From the NCBI GenBank assembly GCA_963924565.1, contig OZ004614.1, positions 12,028,001 to 12,092,000 of the forward strand: a stretch of 64,000 nucleotides of DNA. The letters are read 5' to 3'. Within the stretch, counting starts at the first letter, position 1, and every line of letters begins with the position of its first letter. Source of the DNA: Ascidiella aspersa (Eukaryota). The translations under genes and the position numbers were made by a program. The notes below the pieces were generated by a model. It saw nothing but the letters and a program-made list of their open reading frames with translations. It was not told where the DNA came from and made no database searches. Shown in pieces: positions 1-11,330 of this stretch.

Positions 1-397
1 AATCAATCCGACCGGACCAGTTTTGGCGCTTGATTACGACCAATTTTGGCGTGACATAGCTACTTATATGATCAAGGTGTATACAGATTAAACTAAGAAG
101 TCAACAAAACCAAAAAAGATCAATTGGACTACATAGCATTGAGCAGCAAGGTTATCAACGAATTTAACTTTGCACCTTTAAATAAATAGTTGCTACGATA
201 TCTAATAAACAGCAACATACAGGTAAAACCATCAAATGTTTGCACCTAAATATAGAAAAGGGCTATGTATATCTTTTCTGTTAGGAAAAACTAACAAAAG
301 CGTATAATAATTATCCTTAATTGTACATGCATGTTGTATGCAGGCGATTTTGTCAAAGTTTGATTTGTTAGTTTGGATTTAAATGTATGCCACTGAC

Positions 398-537
398 CAG
401 GAAAATGTTATAAATGAGAAGGAATTCGTGCTCGGTAAAGTAGCTGCGCTTCTCCGACGGAAGTTCGGAGCTATCAGTCCCTAAAACGACCAGCACCATG
501 ACGCATGCGAAGAACGTTACAGTCCCGGAGATCACGC
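398..537 (-). CDS. OTOP: OTOP exon (TM7 and start of TM8)
   Basis: ttctttccag|GVISGTVTFFACVMVLVVLG...LIYNIFL|gtcagt; absent from the ORF track. Confidence 0.85.
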
Positions 538-3500
538 CTGGAAAGAAGAAATATTGAGTGTGTTAGTGACTAAGGAGCATATAAGAACAGTGTAATGCCT
601 TTGTTTAGCAATCAGAACTGTCAGTCATAATGTATTTTACAGCTCATAAAATTTATGTTATTACTCTAAAACAGTGGTTCTTTAGCGGTTTACCGCGACA
701 CACCAATGTTCCCAAGAGATTCCTAACGGCGCGGAATTGCCTGGTAACTATTCGTATCAAAGGCAAGCAAGCATGTGGGATTTGAATGCACATTCTCCGC
801 AATATATTTGACAATATCATTGCGTTTAACTATATCGTGTATAAAGGGTAGTCGTCGAACTATAATTTCAATAAACTGTAGTGTAATAATAAAAGTGTGC
901 CGCTGATTTCTAAAGTTTGACAACCACTTTAGTCTAAAACAGGGGTGGGCAACGTGCGGCCCTTTTTCATTTTTTGTGCGGCCCTTTCATCTTCCAGCTA
1001 TTTTTCCTAAATAAGGCTATGAGTGTGCACTATGTTGGGACTTTTGCTCTATCAGTTTCCTGTTTGAAGTGCGATGTAACCCATAGGCTACACCGCTACA
1101 CTAATGCAGTTGAACTCGAATGGGAAGCATCTATTACAAAACAATGTTTATTCATAAAGTTTTACTTGTGTCACGATGTTATGATAAAAAATTGTTTTAC
1201 AACAATTACTCTTGTGCGGTACGTTCAAGGTGTAGGAGATTTTTGCCATGCATATTGACTGAGATGTTATGTTTAACAGCTCGATTTGAATTAAGGCTGT
1301 TAGTTAAATTGTACTGAGCCGATATGTACAAGAAAGGCTTCATTGGAATTGTAGGAAAAGTTATTTCCGAATCCACACGTAGACAGCTGACAAAACTGCC
1401 GTAGTTGCAGCCTAGTAGCTCATTAGTTTTTCTAGTAAAAGCTGAAAATATGAATTAGTGTTTATTTGATGTGCGGTCCTTCTTTAAGCATTACATTTCC
1501 TAACTGGACCTTGTGTTAAAAAGGTTGGTTGCCCACCCCTGGTCTAAAAGCTCATCTGGTGTATAATCCTCAAGAGGGTATGTCCAAACATGATAAGTAT
1601 GAAGCATTTCATGAAAACGCATTGAAAAAGCAAATAGATGATTTGACATGTTAACAAATAACTCGATAACTAAAATTAAACAAAAAATACACGCTGTCAT
1701 TCCTGCTTGAATTGCAGAAATAAAAGTTAAAAATTAACGAACGATAAAATAGTTTCATCGTCATTCATTGCCGTACCGTATACGACATGATGGGCTATAA
1801 AATAAAAAAGTTAACTAACGATGTGGTAGTATAGTTTTGCAGAGTTTGCAACACTTTTAAATCTGTGTCAATCTGCAATTAGCGCCATGTTCAAGTTTTC
1901 CGAAATGTTAGTTGTTATAAAACGTTAGCACTTGACCGTTTACCTTGTAAATCGTCTATCAAATTCACTATCTATTTTAATATTATACTTTTGAATATAA
2001 TGATTTATTATCTATGAAAAATGCAGGCGTAAAAATGTTGCTTTTCAACTTTTTCACAGACCTCCAAATATGCACAGGACACTCGCTCATAAAACGTCCT
2101 CTTATCCCCGCTATTTCATTCAATCGCTTTTATTTCAATCGAATTTGAGGCGTTACACACATTCGATGCGTAGCTTCTTGAATAAACAATACTCACACAA
2201 CCAATACATTTATAAATAGCGCCAGGGCGCCTTGACGCGCGTGAGCAGGTCAATCTTAATAATAAAAACAAGGACAATAACATATATAAGTTACTTAATT
2301 TTGTTTACCAAATAAAGATTTCATAATGAGGAAACTTTTATATTTCTCCAGTGCAGTTTTAAGCAAATGTTATATCCATTTGACTTGCCTTTGTAGGAGC
2401 GGTACAACTTGTAGCTGGGCTTGACGATGTGCTGACAGACGTGCGGTGCTTTCCCTATGTTGCGCCAAGTGACGTAGAGCAGACAGCAGGCGACCAAACT
2501 GAACTCGATAACGAAAGGAAAGAGGAATGCCTCGGCCACCGCAATGGCAGAGCAAAAGGTCTGGTTGCACGTGCAGTTACCAAAGTACATTACGTCTAGC
2601 AAAACAGTTAAACGGTTTTAGATTAAACTATCCCATGTAGGTAGGCCGTACTTCGAAGACAGAATAGGGGCATAAAATTAGATGAACCTATTTGGGAAAA
2701 ATTGGTCTTCGACTCGATTGCGATTTGAATCGTTTTAAAATAACCAATGATTTGCTTTAGTTTTACTATGAAACGTTTGACTGGTTACTGTAAAAAAATC
2801 GAAACTAACTTTCAGGATGCTTAAATTTTGTCAATTTTAGCACTTCAAACGGTCATTTATTCATTATTTAGATTCACATATATTGTCAACAAATATTTCA
2901 TCCCACGTATGGTAGAGCGGATTTCAAGTTTCAAAGAAGCGTTTGGTTGTTTTAAGTTTATCCGATTACTCTACTGCCCTGTTTGTAATGATGTCAGTGG
3001 TCGATACAGTGATTCACCGAACGAAACGAAACGAGTACCACTTTAGTTACTTTTCAAACGTTCTGAAGTTCATTGTTTTCAACGGGTTGGTTGACAGTTA
3101 ACAATATCAGACAAAAACGTGTTCAAGTCCCGGAAGAATGGTTTAAGCAAGCCGGGTGCTCGACCAAAATACTAGAAGTATTTTCAAAAAAAGAAAAAAC
3201 ATATAGGCTATGGTGACTTACCGCCTTCCAAGCCCTTGGCTCCTTGCGCACCTGTCAGCAAAAGCACTTGTTTACTCCCACGTATTTTAACTATTGGCAA
3301 AATTTCAAACATTTGCCCTAGTAAGTAGGTGCGCTTAGCTTGTTTCTTTTTCATTAAATTTTGATAAATGGTATGTTTTTGCCTATTTTTAATAAACATC
3401 ACTGGATGTAAGTTAGCTCACCATGAATGTACGTGTTTTTAAATATTTCAAATCAGTTGCATGACGTTAATAACAGATACTTCTGAAATACACTTTTGTT

Positions 3501-6500
3501 GTGTACCACAAGAGAAGAGTTAACTTACGCTTATTTATACCGCAACATATCCCCTTCCCAATTTATCTTATACTGTCGTCCAGGGCTGTGGAGTCGGTTT
3601 AAATAACCCTAGCACAACTCCTACAGAAAAAATATACTCGAGTCCAACTCCGGCTTGTGTCTCCACAGCCCGTATACCTATTTATGTAACCAAATAGGGA
3701 GAGTATACAGCAATACACACATAAAGGATAACTCATCCACTAAAACACGTGGTGGGAAAATAGTCTACCAGATGGTGTTCAACCCTTCGAGTCACTAGTC
3801 TCAAGTCCGACTTCGAATCGAAGCACTGTTGTCTTCATCAAGTAACACAACCAAAGGTGCTGCAATTTTCCTCTTCTTCACAATATATTTACACAGAAAC
3901 AGAAGCAATAGGGTCTTACGTGCGGGGCTGACGGAGCGGTAGCCGGAATAAGGTTGATACGTCGGTTGACCTATGACCACGAGGTCAGCACTGGCTAACA
4001 TGACGCTGTGGGGATCATTCGGGGAAATTGCTTCTTCGGCGTGGGGTTCGGATAGCGCGTGTGCCGTTTCGTCGGCAATGGTGGCGATCCAAATTGCCAG
4101 GTTGGTAGCAATCACGTGCATTACTCCGAACCTGGCAAATCGACAACTGGGTTATGGCGAGACCTCAATAATTACAAGTTAACACAGCAAAACGGGCAAT
4201 CTGGTTGCGACAACAGAAACAATTTGCCATTACAGTTTTTAGGCATTGTTATTACATTCGTACGGCATTGTCAACCTAAAAAATTACTCAAACTGTATAC
4301 AAGTGATTTTTACAGCTGAAACTACCTCAATATTAAAGTGATTTAATGCACTATTTGATGGCAAATTAAGACTAAAAGCAAAGATTTAAAAAACAAAACA
4401 ACGTTATTTTGTCGAAAGTGTGCATCTATACGCTCTCGTCTATGCACGACAGGTGTCAGTATTTCGCGGCCCTGTATATAGTTTAATACAGCTACAATTT
4501 TTTGGTCCGAAATGGGATTTTTTATGATTTTAAGTAGCTGACTTTAAATTGCTAACTACGCTAGACATCTCAATGCCACAAGTTGTCCTATTTGGTGCAA
4601 TCACCTGGAAAGGACTTGATAGTCTTGAATGAAGACCTTCGAATACTGGAAGAGAAAGTTGACTTGACAAACAATGAAGACTGCGTGTATGACCGGGACA
4701 GATGAATAGAGGGCCTTGTTCTCGCATTGTGGCGAATCTATGCCCACCAGGGCAATAAACTCCAGCCCATCCTTGATGATTATCGCAATGCCAAACGTAA
4801 ACAGAACGCCTGGCAACATTAACATTGTTATTCTTCCGTTGGAGTACGTTGAAAAGCGAGATAATATTTTGTTTTTCGAATATCTATTGGAAAAAAAAAA
4901 TGTCGGTGAGTTACTTGCGAAATTGCTTCTGTTGAGTGTGAAATCTTGTGTTAAGGCAATTTGCCACAATCTGGTAAGAAAACTTTGCATAATTGATCTT
5001 GTCCGATAAAATTTTGTTTCGTTCTACAACCAGCTTGCCTAAATTTTTTTTAACTATTATCGTGGTAAATCTCGATGATGCTAGAGGTTAAGGCTTGTCT
5101 AGATTAAAACCATTTATCATTTTCTTGTCAATATAGATAACCCACAAGTTATTTTTAACTTCGCTTACTAGATTGAAGCTTTATACTGATCAAAACACAA
5201 CGATTATTTATATGTCGAGATATTGCGATAACACATATAAGTTGATATGGTTACCTTTCAACCATCGGTTATTGACATGGTTACTCTTTGCGAAGCCAAC
5301 TCTCGCTTTGTGCTGGTAGCAAGCCGTAGCTAGTGGGCGGCAGGCCACTGTCCACAGGAGGGATACACAGTACAGGAATATAAAGTAGCTGTCAATTACA
5401 GCCGCCGTTATCTGAAATGTATGATAAGAAAACTTTTTACCCAAGTTTTTTCACAAAATGACTTAAGGCCAAGTCAAGTTGTTTGTCCAAAATACTTATG
5501 TCTAGTCAAGGCATTTTTGGTCAAAACTTAAGGCCAAGTCAAGTAATTTCACAACAGTGACTTGAGTCAAGTTAAATGACTTGAGTCAATACAACACTGT
5601 GCTATAGGATTGTTTTTCAAATGCCGCTGACAAACTAAAGAAAAGAAAAAAACACAAAACCGGCGGAACTTTTCACCGCTTTTGGCGCCATCTAGCGACT
5701 AACGTCGGTCGTGATGAACTGCGTGATCTTGAACACCAGCGTAATGATGACAATGTGCATCGCGTAGATGCCCGAAAACAGCCAGGAAGCGTTCAAGTTC
5801 CGCTGGCTGTCGTCGTTTCCCGGTTCCGGGTCTTCCCCCTGCTCCGCGATCGCCCCGTCGTTAAGTGCTTTGAGTCTGTCCATTTGGGGGAATCCCCTTG
5901 TGGCAAAAAACAATTTTGGTAAATGGCTAAGAAGCGCTGGTGAGATTAGAAAAAAAACGTCGAAGTTCAAATGAATGGTATTTATTAAAGTTTTAATTAC
6001 GTGCAAGGCATGAGAAGGCCGCGCTAAAAACGTAACCTTGAAACAGCTATAAAACATGTAACGAAAATGTCCTTGCTTCAAATTTCGAAATATGAAATGT
6101 TAAAAAAAATGTGACATTTTTAATTTTTCTTGAAAGAACCAGGCTGTTATATTTCTACTACGCGCCTACGAAACAGTTTTTTCTAACATATCGTGGGATC
6201 GTTTTATTGTTTTGGTAAGCGTTGCTTAACTTAAAATGTAGGGTCGGTGTTATAATAAAAACCGGCCATTTTAAGCACACAAATAATAAAGTTAATTTAG
6301 AAAACTAAAAGGTTGAAAACATAACCGCGAACCTGTGTTGACGCTATGAGACAAAATGTTAAAAGTTCTCTGAAAGTAAATAAATTTTATTCGTGCTACA
6401 CCTAAAATAGCTTTGTAACTTGTAAACCAATTGACTAAAGTTTAGAGTTTAAATGAAATGCATTACCCCAGTAAAAAGTAAATATCGTATTGCCAGGCCA

Positions 6501-9500
6501 AATTACATTCTCACTGTTAAAAAGCACAGCCTTCATAGCTCTGATCTTTCTACAAGAAAAGTTCGCACTCGAGATTTCTTTCTCTGTTCATTTTTGGCAA
6601 AATTTTTCTAATTTCTCTCCAGAATTCCTTCTGTCGGCCAGCGTCAGATCGCTACTGAGTCATAAAAAGTAACGTCGCGCCAGAAGGTCGTTATCAAGCT
6701 CTCAAATTGGTGCTCGAACGGCGGACGTTCAATACTGCAAGTGACGGCAAGGCCAGTAGAGTGATCGCACGGTTTTGGGGGCCACTTGAAAAGGGAACCC
6801 TGTTTTTCCAACTCTTTTCGACTTTTCTCCGACCACTTTAAAACCATGCAGTCGGCCCGATATCGCATCTCCAGTTCATGCCGTTTTTCGACCCTAAAGT
6901 GTTCCTATTCCTTGCTTTTAGTAAAGTAATTATTATTCAAAGTACTGACACAATATAGAAGAGAAAGTACAGCGTTTCGTACCAGTTTTGACAGGAACAT
7001 TGTGGATACACTTGGAGCCGGCCAAGCTTGAAGTGGTCTTGTGAAACAGACTTTTGTGAAGGGCCGTCGCAGAGATGTAGCCGCGAACCTGTGTTGACGC
7101 GAGATCGCACTTGAAACTGGCCCAAGCAGGCTTCGAACGATTGTTGAGTTCGTTAAAGTATTTTAGCAAGGATAGCTGCACGTCGTTCTAGCACGGTACG
7201 GTACGTGTGTGGTAGGTACTATACGCAAATACATCAACTGTGGTATATTCCTGTAAAAGTGTTACAGGAATGTGTCGGTCAATCCTTGAGGAAATTGATT
7301 CTTACTGAAGCGAAATTTAATTGCCTTAAAACAAGCGTTTGTTGTCTTGTATTGTGTTTTTAAAATTCGAGATTTACTAGTTAAAGCATACTTTGCAAGA
7401 CAGGAAAGTGAGGCATCCTTTGCACATATAAAGCTTTCGCGCCAAATACTTGTCTATTGTCCTTTTGTCTAAATACGAGCAGCAGTTTCGAAGCAGGCAC
7501 AAAAATTTCCGAGATCTAAAACAATAAGTTATTTGGAGCTTAAGCAAATGTTTTTTAGTAGAATCACTTTATGTGGGGGTATAGGACGCACCAAATATAA
7601 TAAGTTGATTAAGGGACAAAACTTTTGTATGCAAAGTTACAACTCGTTTTTTGAAGACCTGTACACCACTTATCCGACTTAGTGCAGCTTTGTCGAGAAT
7701 AGGTTCAGGAAAAAAAAACGCATTTTTTATTTCGAAAGCATACAATCAATATATTCAGGCATCACGAAACCTTGTTTAAAAGTCACCAGAGCTCCTGGTT
7801 ACTAACGGTTATAGATACCCGTAGCCTACTGTAAGATTTAACTGTAAGATGTAGCCTTTTTTTCTTAGACTGCCACCTTTTGGCCGTAACAATGATCGTT
7901 CTATTACATCATCATCGCACAACGGTTACTGTTTGTTCGCTAATATATTTCCATCGCACTAAAGAAGGACTTTATGATGTGTGCCTGGTTGGTAGTTATA
8001 TTACATACAAAGCAGGTGATAAATCAAATCACCGCAAATTCCGAATCAGGCGAATCATTAACGTGCACTTTATGAGTGTGCTCTTTCCGGTGCTTTTAAA
8101 AACAGATGAAAAAAGGAACGTTGCTTCTCTGTGCCAAAACAAGCCGCTAGTGGCTTTTTCGATAATAAATAAGTGAGTATTTGCACTAACTGTAAGAATT
8201 GGGGCATACAATCTCTTCCTTGAATCGCACAAAAATACTCAAACCAACAAATCTCGCAAAAAAATGTTGTGACTGACTTGGACAATTAATACTAGTTTTT
8301 CCAATTCAACGAGTTAGAGCAAAATGCGGCTAATTCTAATTCTAATCTAATTTGTGAATTGCTTGTTGGCTCTAATTCTAGTTTCAAACTAATTCAGATT
8401 TTACCAAAAATGCTACTTTGTCCAACGGCATTTTTCTTCTTTCAGTCGAAACAAAGAATTTGAAATAAAACTCTATAGATGGAACAACTTTAGGTAATGT
8501 TTACTGTCTAAAAAGCGTATGATATGCTAAAAGGCATAAAACTTAAAACAAACTTATTTATACATTTACCTTCTTATTAGAATAATTCGCAATGAAATTG
8601 ATTGTGGATAAATTAAATGTAATTCTAGTTCAAGTTTTTTTTTTTAAAGAATTCGTTAATTCTAATTCTAATCTAATTCAAGAAAACTCAAAATGATCTA
8701 ATTCTAATTCTAATCTGATTGGGAAAAACTGAAATGTTCTAATTTTAATTCTAATCTAATTTTAAAAAGCTAAAATAAATCTAGTCGTCCAAGTCGGGTT
8801 AAAAATAGGTAGAAAAGAGCTCCTTCGGTTATTCATTCTTACTGATATCAGCACGAGAAAGGTGTAACACACGACGTATGTTGTCTAACAAGGGAAGGCT
8901 GACAAACCACATGTCTATATCACGATTAGAAAAATTTATATATGACGATTAGATTTTTTTTTTAATCTTATTTACAAAACAAATCACCACCGCAAAACTG
9001 AAGCAAGCGTTTGAATTTTAGAAATGTACTTTCACTGGCCTCTTCTGTTTCTGGCTTCACATAACTTATAATAGCAATACAAGCGTTGCCTCTAAGAAAA
9101 TTTTCTGCTAAGCAAATAAATTATTTTAAGGCTGAGTTAGCAGGGGTCCGAAGCAGATCAATGTTTTTTTATGGAGACTAGAAATATATTTTAAAGATGA
9201 CGCTACAAAACGTGACGTCATTAAATTAATATTCACAAGAAACTTTCTGTTCCCGATTGAAGTCATAAATGTGCAACTGCAATCGTTTTAAATAGCACTT
9301 ATGGTAAGGCTGTTTGCCTTAAGGCCATGTGTGGTTAGTAACACTTTTAAAACATGATAAACGCAAAAAAGATGGTTTTTGAACTTCGCAAAACAGCCAT
9401 AAAGATGTTAGCCAATCACTCCCAAGTTATTTGTTCAAATCATCTTGATAAATGACATTATATCGATAAATGTGCATTTTTTCAACCAATGCGTCAAGTT

Positions 9501-10664
9501 TCCTTCTAAAATAAATATTTGTCCATCCGAATAAAGGCACTCTTTTTCACGTTTCGTGCGATCGCTTTGTGGAAGTGAGCAAGAAATAGAGTGATAGGCT
9601 ATTCTTTTCTTTCCATGTTTGAGGTGTGGCTTTTTGCGGTTAACCAAGTAAGAAATGCGAATCTTGTTGTCTGACAAGTTGGACACCCCTGTACTAGACA
9701 GAAATTGCAATTATGAAGAGCTGTGAGTCCGCGATGCGATAGCCTACGGACGCAAAGAAAATGTGTATTAAAAATGTTTTCTGTTAGCGGCCCTAATTTT
9801 TATCCAATTTAATTTGGCCAAAGTTATAACTTTAGTAGAGGCGTTTAGCTCTGTATGTTGTGTTCATGGGCGATAAAATGCAGTTGTGCTAAAAGATACC
9901 CCAAAAAAGCATTCCAGTTTCACGATCCCGAATTCTTGCCGCAGACTCCACTGCTGTATTCACCACTCTTCTAAACTCATTTTTTTTTTCGTGTATACAT
10001 TTACCACGAAAAAGCAATGGATGATAAAACCGACTGGGCAAAGTAATTTAAAACAGAGAAATATATTCCGTTACAATCAACTGTGCGGTGTTGATTTAAT
10101 GACTTGAATTCAGCTACACACAAGCATAAAAAAAAATGGCCGACGAAATGCTCAAAAGTATTGTTTGGCCAAAAAGATCAATTTTTTGAATTTAGGTGTG
10201 ATGTAAGTGCGCAAAATGCTATTTTTCCTGTGCAAATTGTGTCTGGTGTGGCTGCGTAATCGCTCAGTTGCGCACCTTGAAGCGAACAAAGCACGCCTCT
10301 CTATAAAGTTAGCGATCCTTTTGATGTGTAAGGATACTAGCTTACAATATCTACAAGTCTAACAATACCAAAATACTGCGGCATTGTCTCCTTTAGAGTT
10401 ACCTACCGCTGGATTGTTTATGCATTTGAACAACTTGTGCGTCGTGTTACGAAAATATTAGATTTTCTTTCTATAGGCTTGCGGATATAAACTATGATCG
10501 GTTTTGTAATTTTGCTGCACATACTTCACGAAGATCTTGGTGCCTCTGCGCCTAATCATGTAGTGGTCGTTTCCTAGCTGGGTGACGTCATTGGCTGGCT
10601 TCCGGCCGATACCGCTTGCGATGTCGCTCTGCCCGGACACCGTGCGGATTCTTCGAGTGGTCAT
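398..10664 (-). CDS. OTOP: Otopetrin-family proton channel, 5' portion (gene continues beyond position 1)
   Basis: Phase-consistent exons 10525-10664 (tentative), 5704-5896, 5255-5411, 4605-4809, 3920-4131, 3222-3251, 2389-2595, 398-537. Successive hydrophobic TM segments with otopetrin motifs: LFSGIYA, WLKGVLFTFG, IHAVFIVCQVNFLF, RFGVMHVIATNLAIW, a Cys pair before FLFPFVIEFSL, and WRNIG. Confidence 0.9.
672..929. mobile_element. Eroded hAT-type MITE
   Basis: CAGTGGTT left end, AACCACTT right end; flanks ctctaaaa and gtctaaaa. Confidence 0.6.
940..1541. mobile_element. hAT (Buster/Charlie-type) MITE
   Basis: Perfect 14-bp TIR CAGGGGTGGGCAAC; perfect 8-bp TSD GTCTAAAA (932-939 and 1542-1549). 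Confidence 0.92.
2389..2595 (-). CDS. OTOP: OTOP exon (TM6), ends at a GC donor
   Basis: CTCNQTFC...FLFPFVIEFSLVACCLLYVTWRNIG...SYKG. Confidence 0.93.
3222..3251 (-). CDS. OTOP: OTOP 30-nt microexon
   Basis: tgctgacag|30 nt (AQGAKGLEG)|gtaagt; phase 1-1. Confidence 0.65.
3581..3672. mobile_element. Short MITE with CAGGGCTGTGGAG termini
   Basis: CAGGGCTGTGGAG ... CTCCACAGCCCG inverted ends; no TSD seen. Confidence 0.55.
3920..4131 (-). CDS. OTOP: OTOP exon (TM5 and extracellular loop)
   Basis: RFGVMHVIATNLAIWIATIADE...; donor GTAAGA. Confidence 0.9.
4605..4809 (-). CDS. OTOP: OTOP exon (TM3-4)
   Basis: GVLFTFGIAIIIKDG...IHAVFIVCQVNFLF... Confidence 0.92.
5255..5411 (-). CDS. OTOP: OTOP exon (TM2)
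   Basis: ITAAVIDSYFIFLYCVSLLW...WLKG. Confidence 0.9.
5455..5599. repeat. AAGTC(A)-repeat element fragment ending CAACACTG
   Basis: Repeated CAAGTC/GACTTG motifs; related tracts at about 18940-19275 and 31370-31698 (the latter also ends CAACACTG). Confidence 0.5.
5704..5896 (-). CDS. OTOP: OTOP exon containing TM1 (internal ATG at 5883)
   Basis: MDRLKAL...NASWLFSGIYAMHIVIITLVF...; donor GTTAGT. Confidence 0.88.
8275..8795. repeat. Element with internal TAATTC/TAATC tandem units bounded by GACTTGGAC...GTCCAAGTC inverted ends
   Basis: Several AATTCTAATTCTAATCTAATT units between 8330 and 8762; 9-bp terminal inverted repeat. Confidence 0.55.
10525..10664 (-). CDS. OTOP: Tentative first coding exon of OTOP
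   Basis: Acceptor at 10678, ATG at 10664, MTTRRIRTVSGQSD...KIFVK; donor GTATGT in phase 2, in frame with the 5896 acceptor (K-GFPQMDRL). Confidence 0.55.
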
Positions 10665-11199
10665 CTTGGAAGGTTCGCCTTTGCAGGACAAACGAAAGAT
10701 ATACAAATTTTAGAATAATATCAATTAAAATGCGGAAAACATACTTCGCAAATATACCTAACATGTCAGATTAAGATATAAAGCCCTAATATTTAGGACC
10801 CACATAATCCCAAACCCAATCCCCAATAACACCACTGAATTCCTTCAATACTTTCATCTTTTCAACTATAATCTACTTTACATTCCTAACCAAGAGCAAA
10901 CATCCAGTGTCTGAACGGCTGAGCCCAATCGACTCATGTACCCGATTTCTACGGTTTAATAGGTTATGTAGGCGATTTAAATTCTGATGATTTTAGGACT
11001 TTCGGCGGTATTATTTCTTGTTTCGTCGTCGAAACCAACTGCGCGTTTGGTTTTATATCTCGTTGGTCCTAACGCAATGGCATTATTTTAATGCGTGTTG
11101 CAACAGAAAAACAGAAGTACGTTGTGTGTCGTTGTGTTTGGCGCTGTTCACAGAAGTGCCGGTGTACCAATGTTATATTACTTTGCCCTATAATGCCTA

Positions 11200-11330
11200 G
11201 AATGAGCGGCATGCGCAAGTCGGACTCAACCAGCAATGCGCGCACGCGAACTCTGATTGCTTTGTGCCTACACAAACAGGCGTCGTAAACGTGTTTTTCT
11301 GCCACGCCCCCCAAAACGCGCATCCCTTTA
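11200..11330. promoter_or_regulatory. Putative OTOP promoter region
   Basis: GC-rich patch about 550 nt upstream of the 10678 exon with GCATGCGCA (NRF1-like) and GCCACGCCCCC (Sp/KLF-like) motifs. Confidence 0.3.

Noticed and set aside
9435-9710. 91-aa ORF with an apparent acceptor near 9690 as an OTOP exon
   Set aside because: CAGGGGTGTCCAAC there matches the hAT MITE terminus pattern, and no compatible donor was found.
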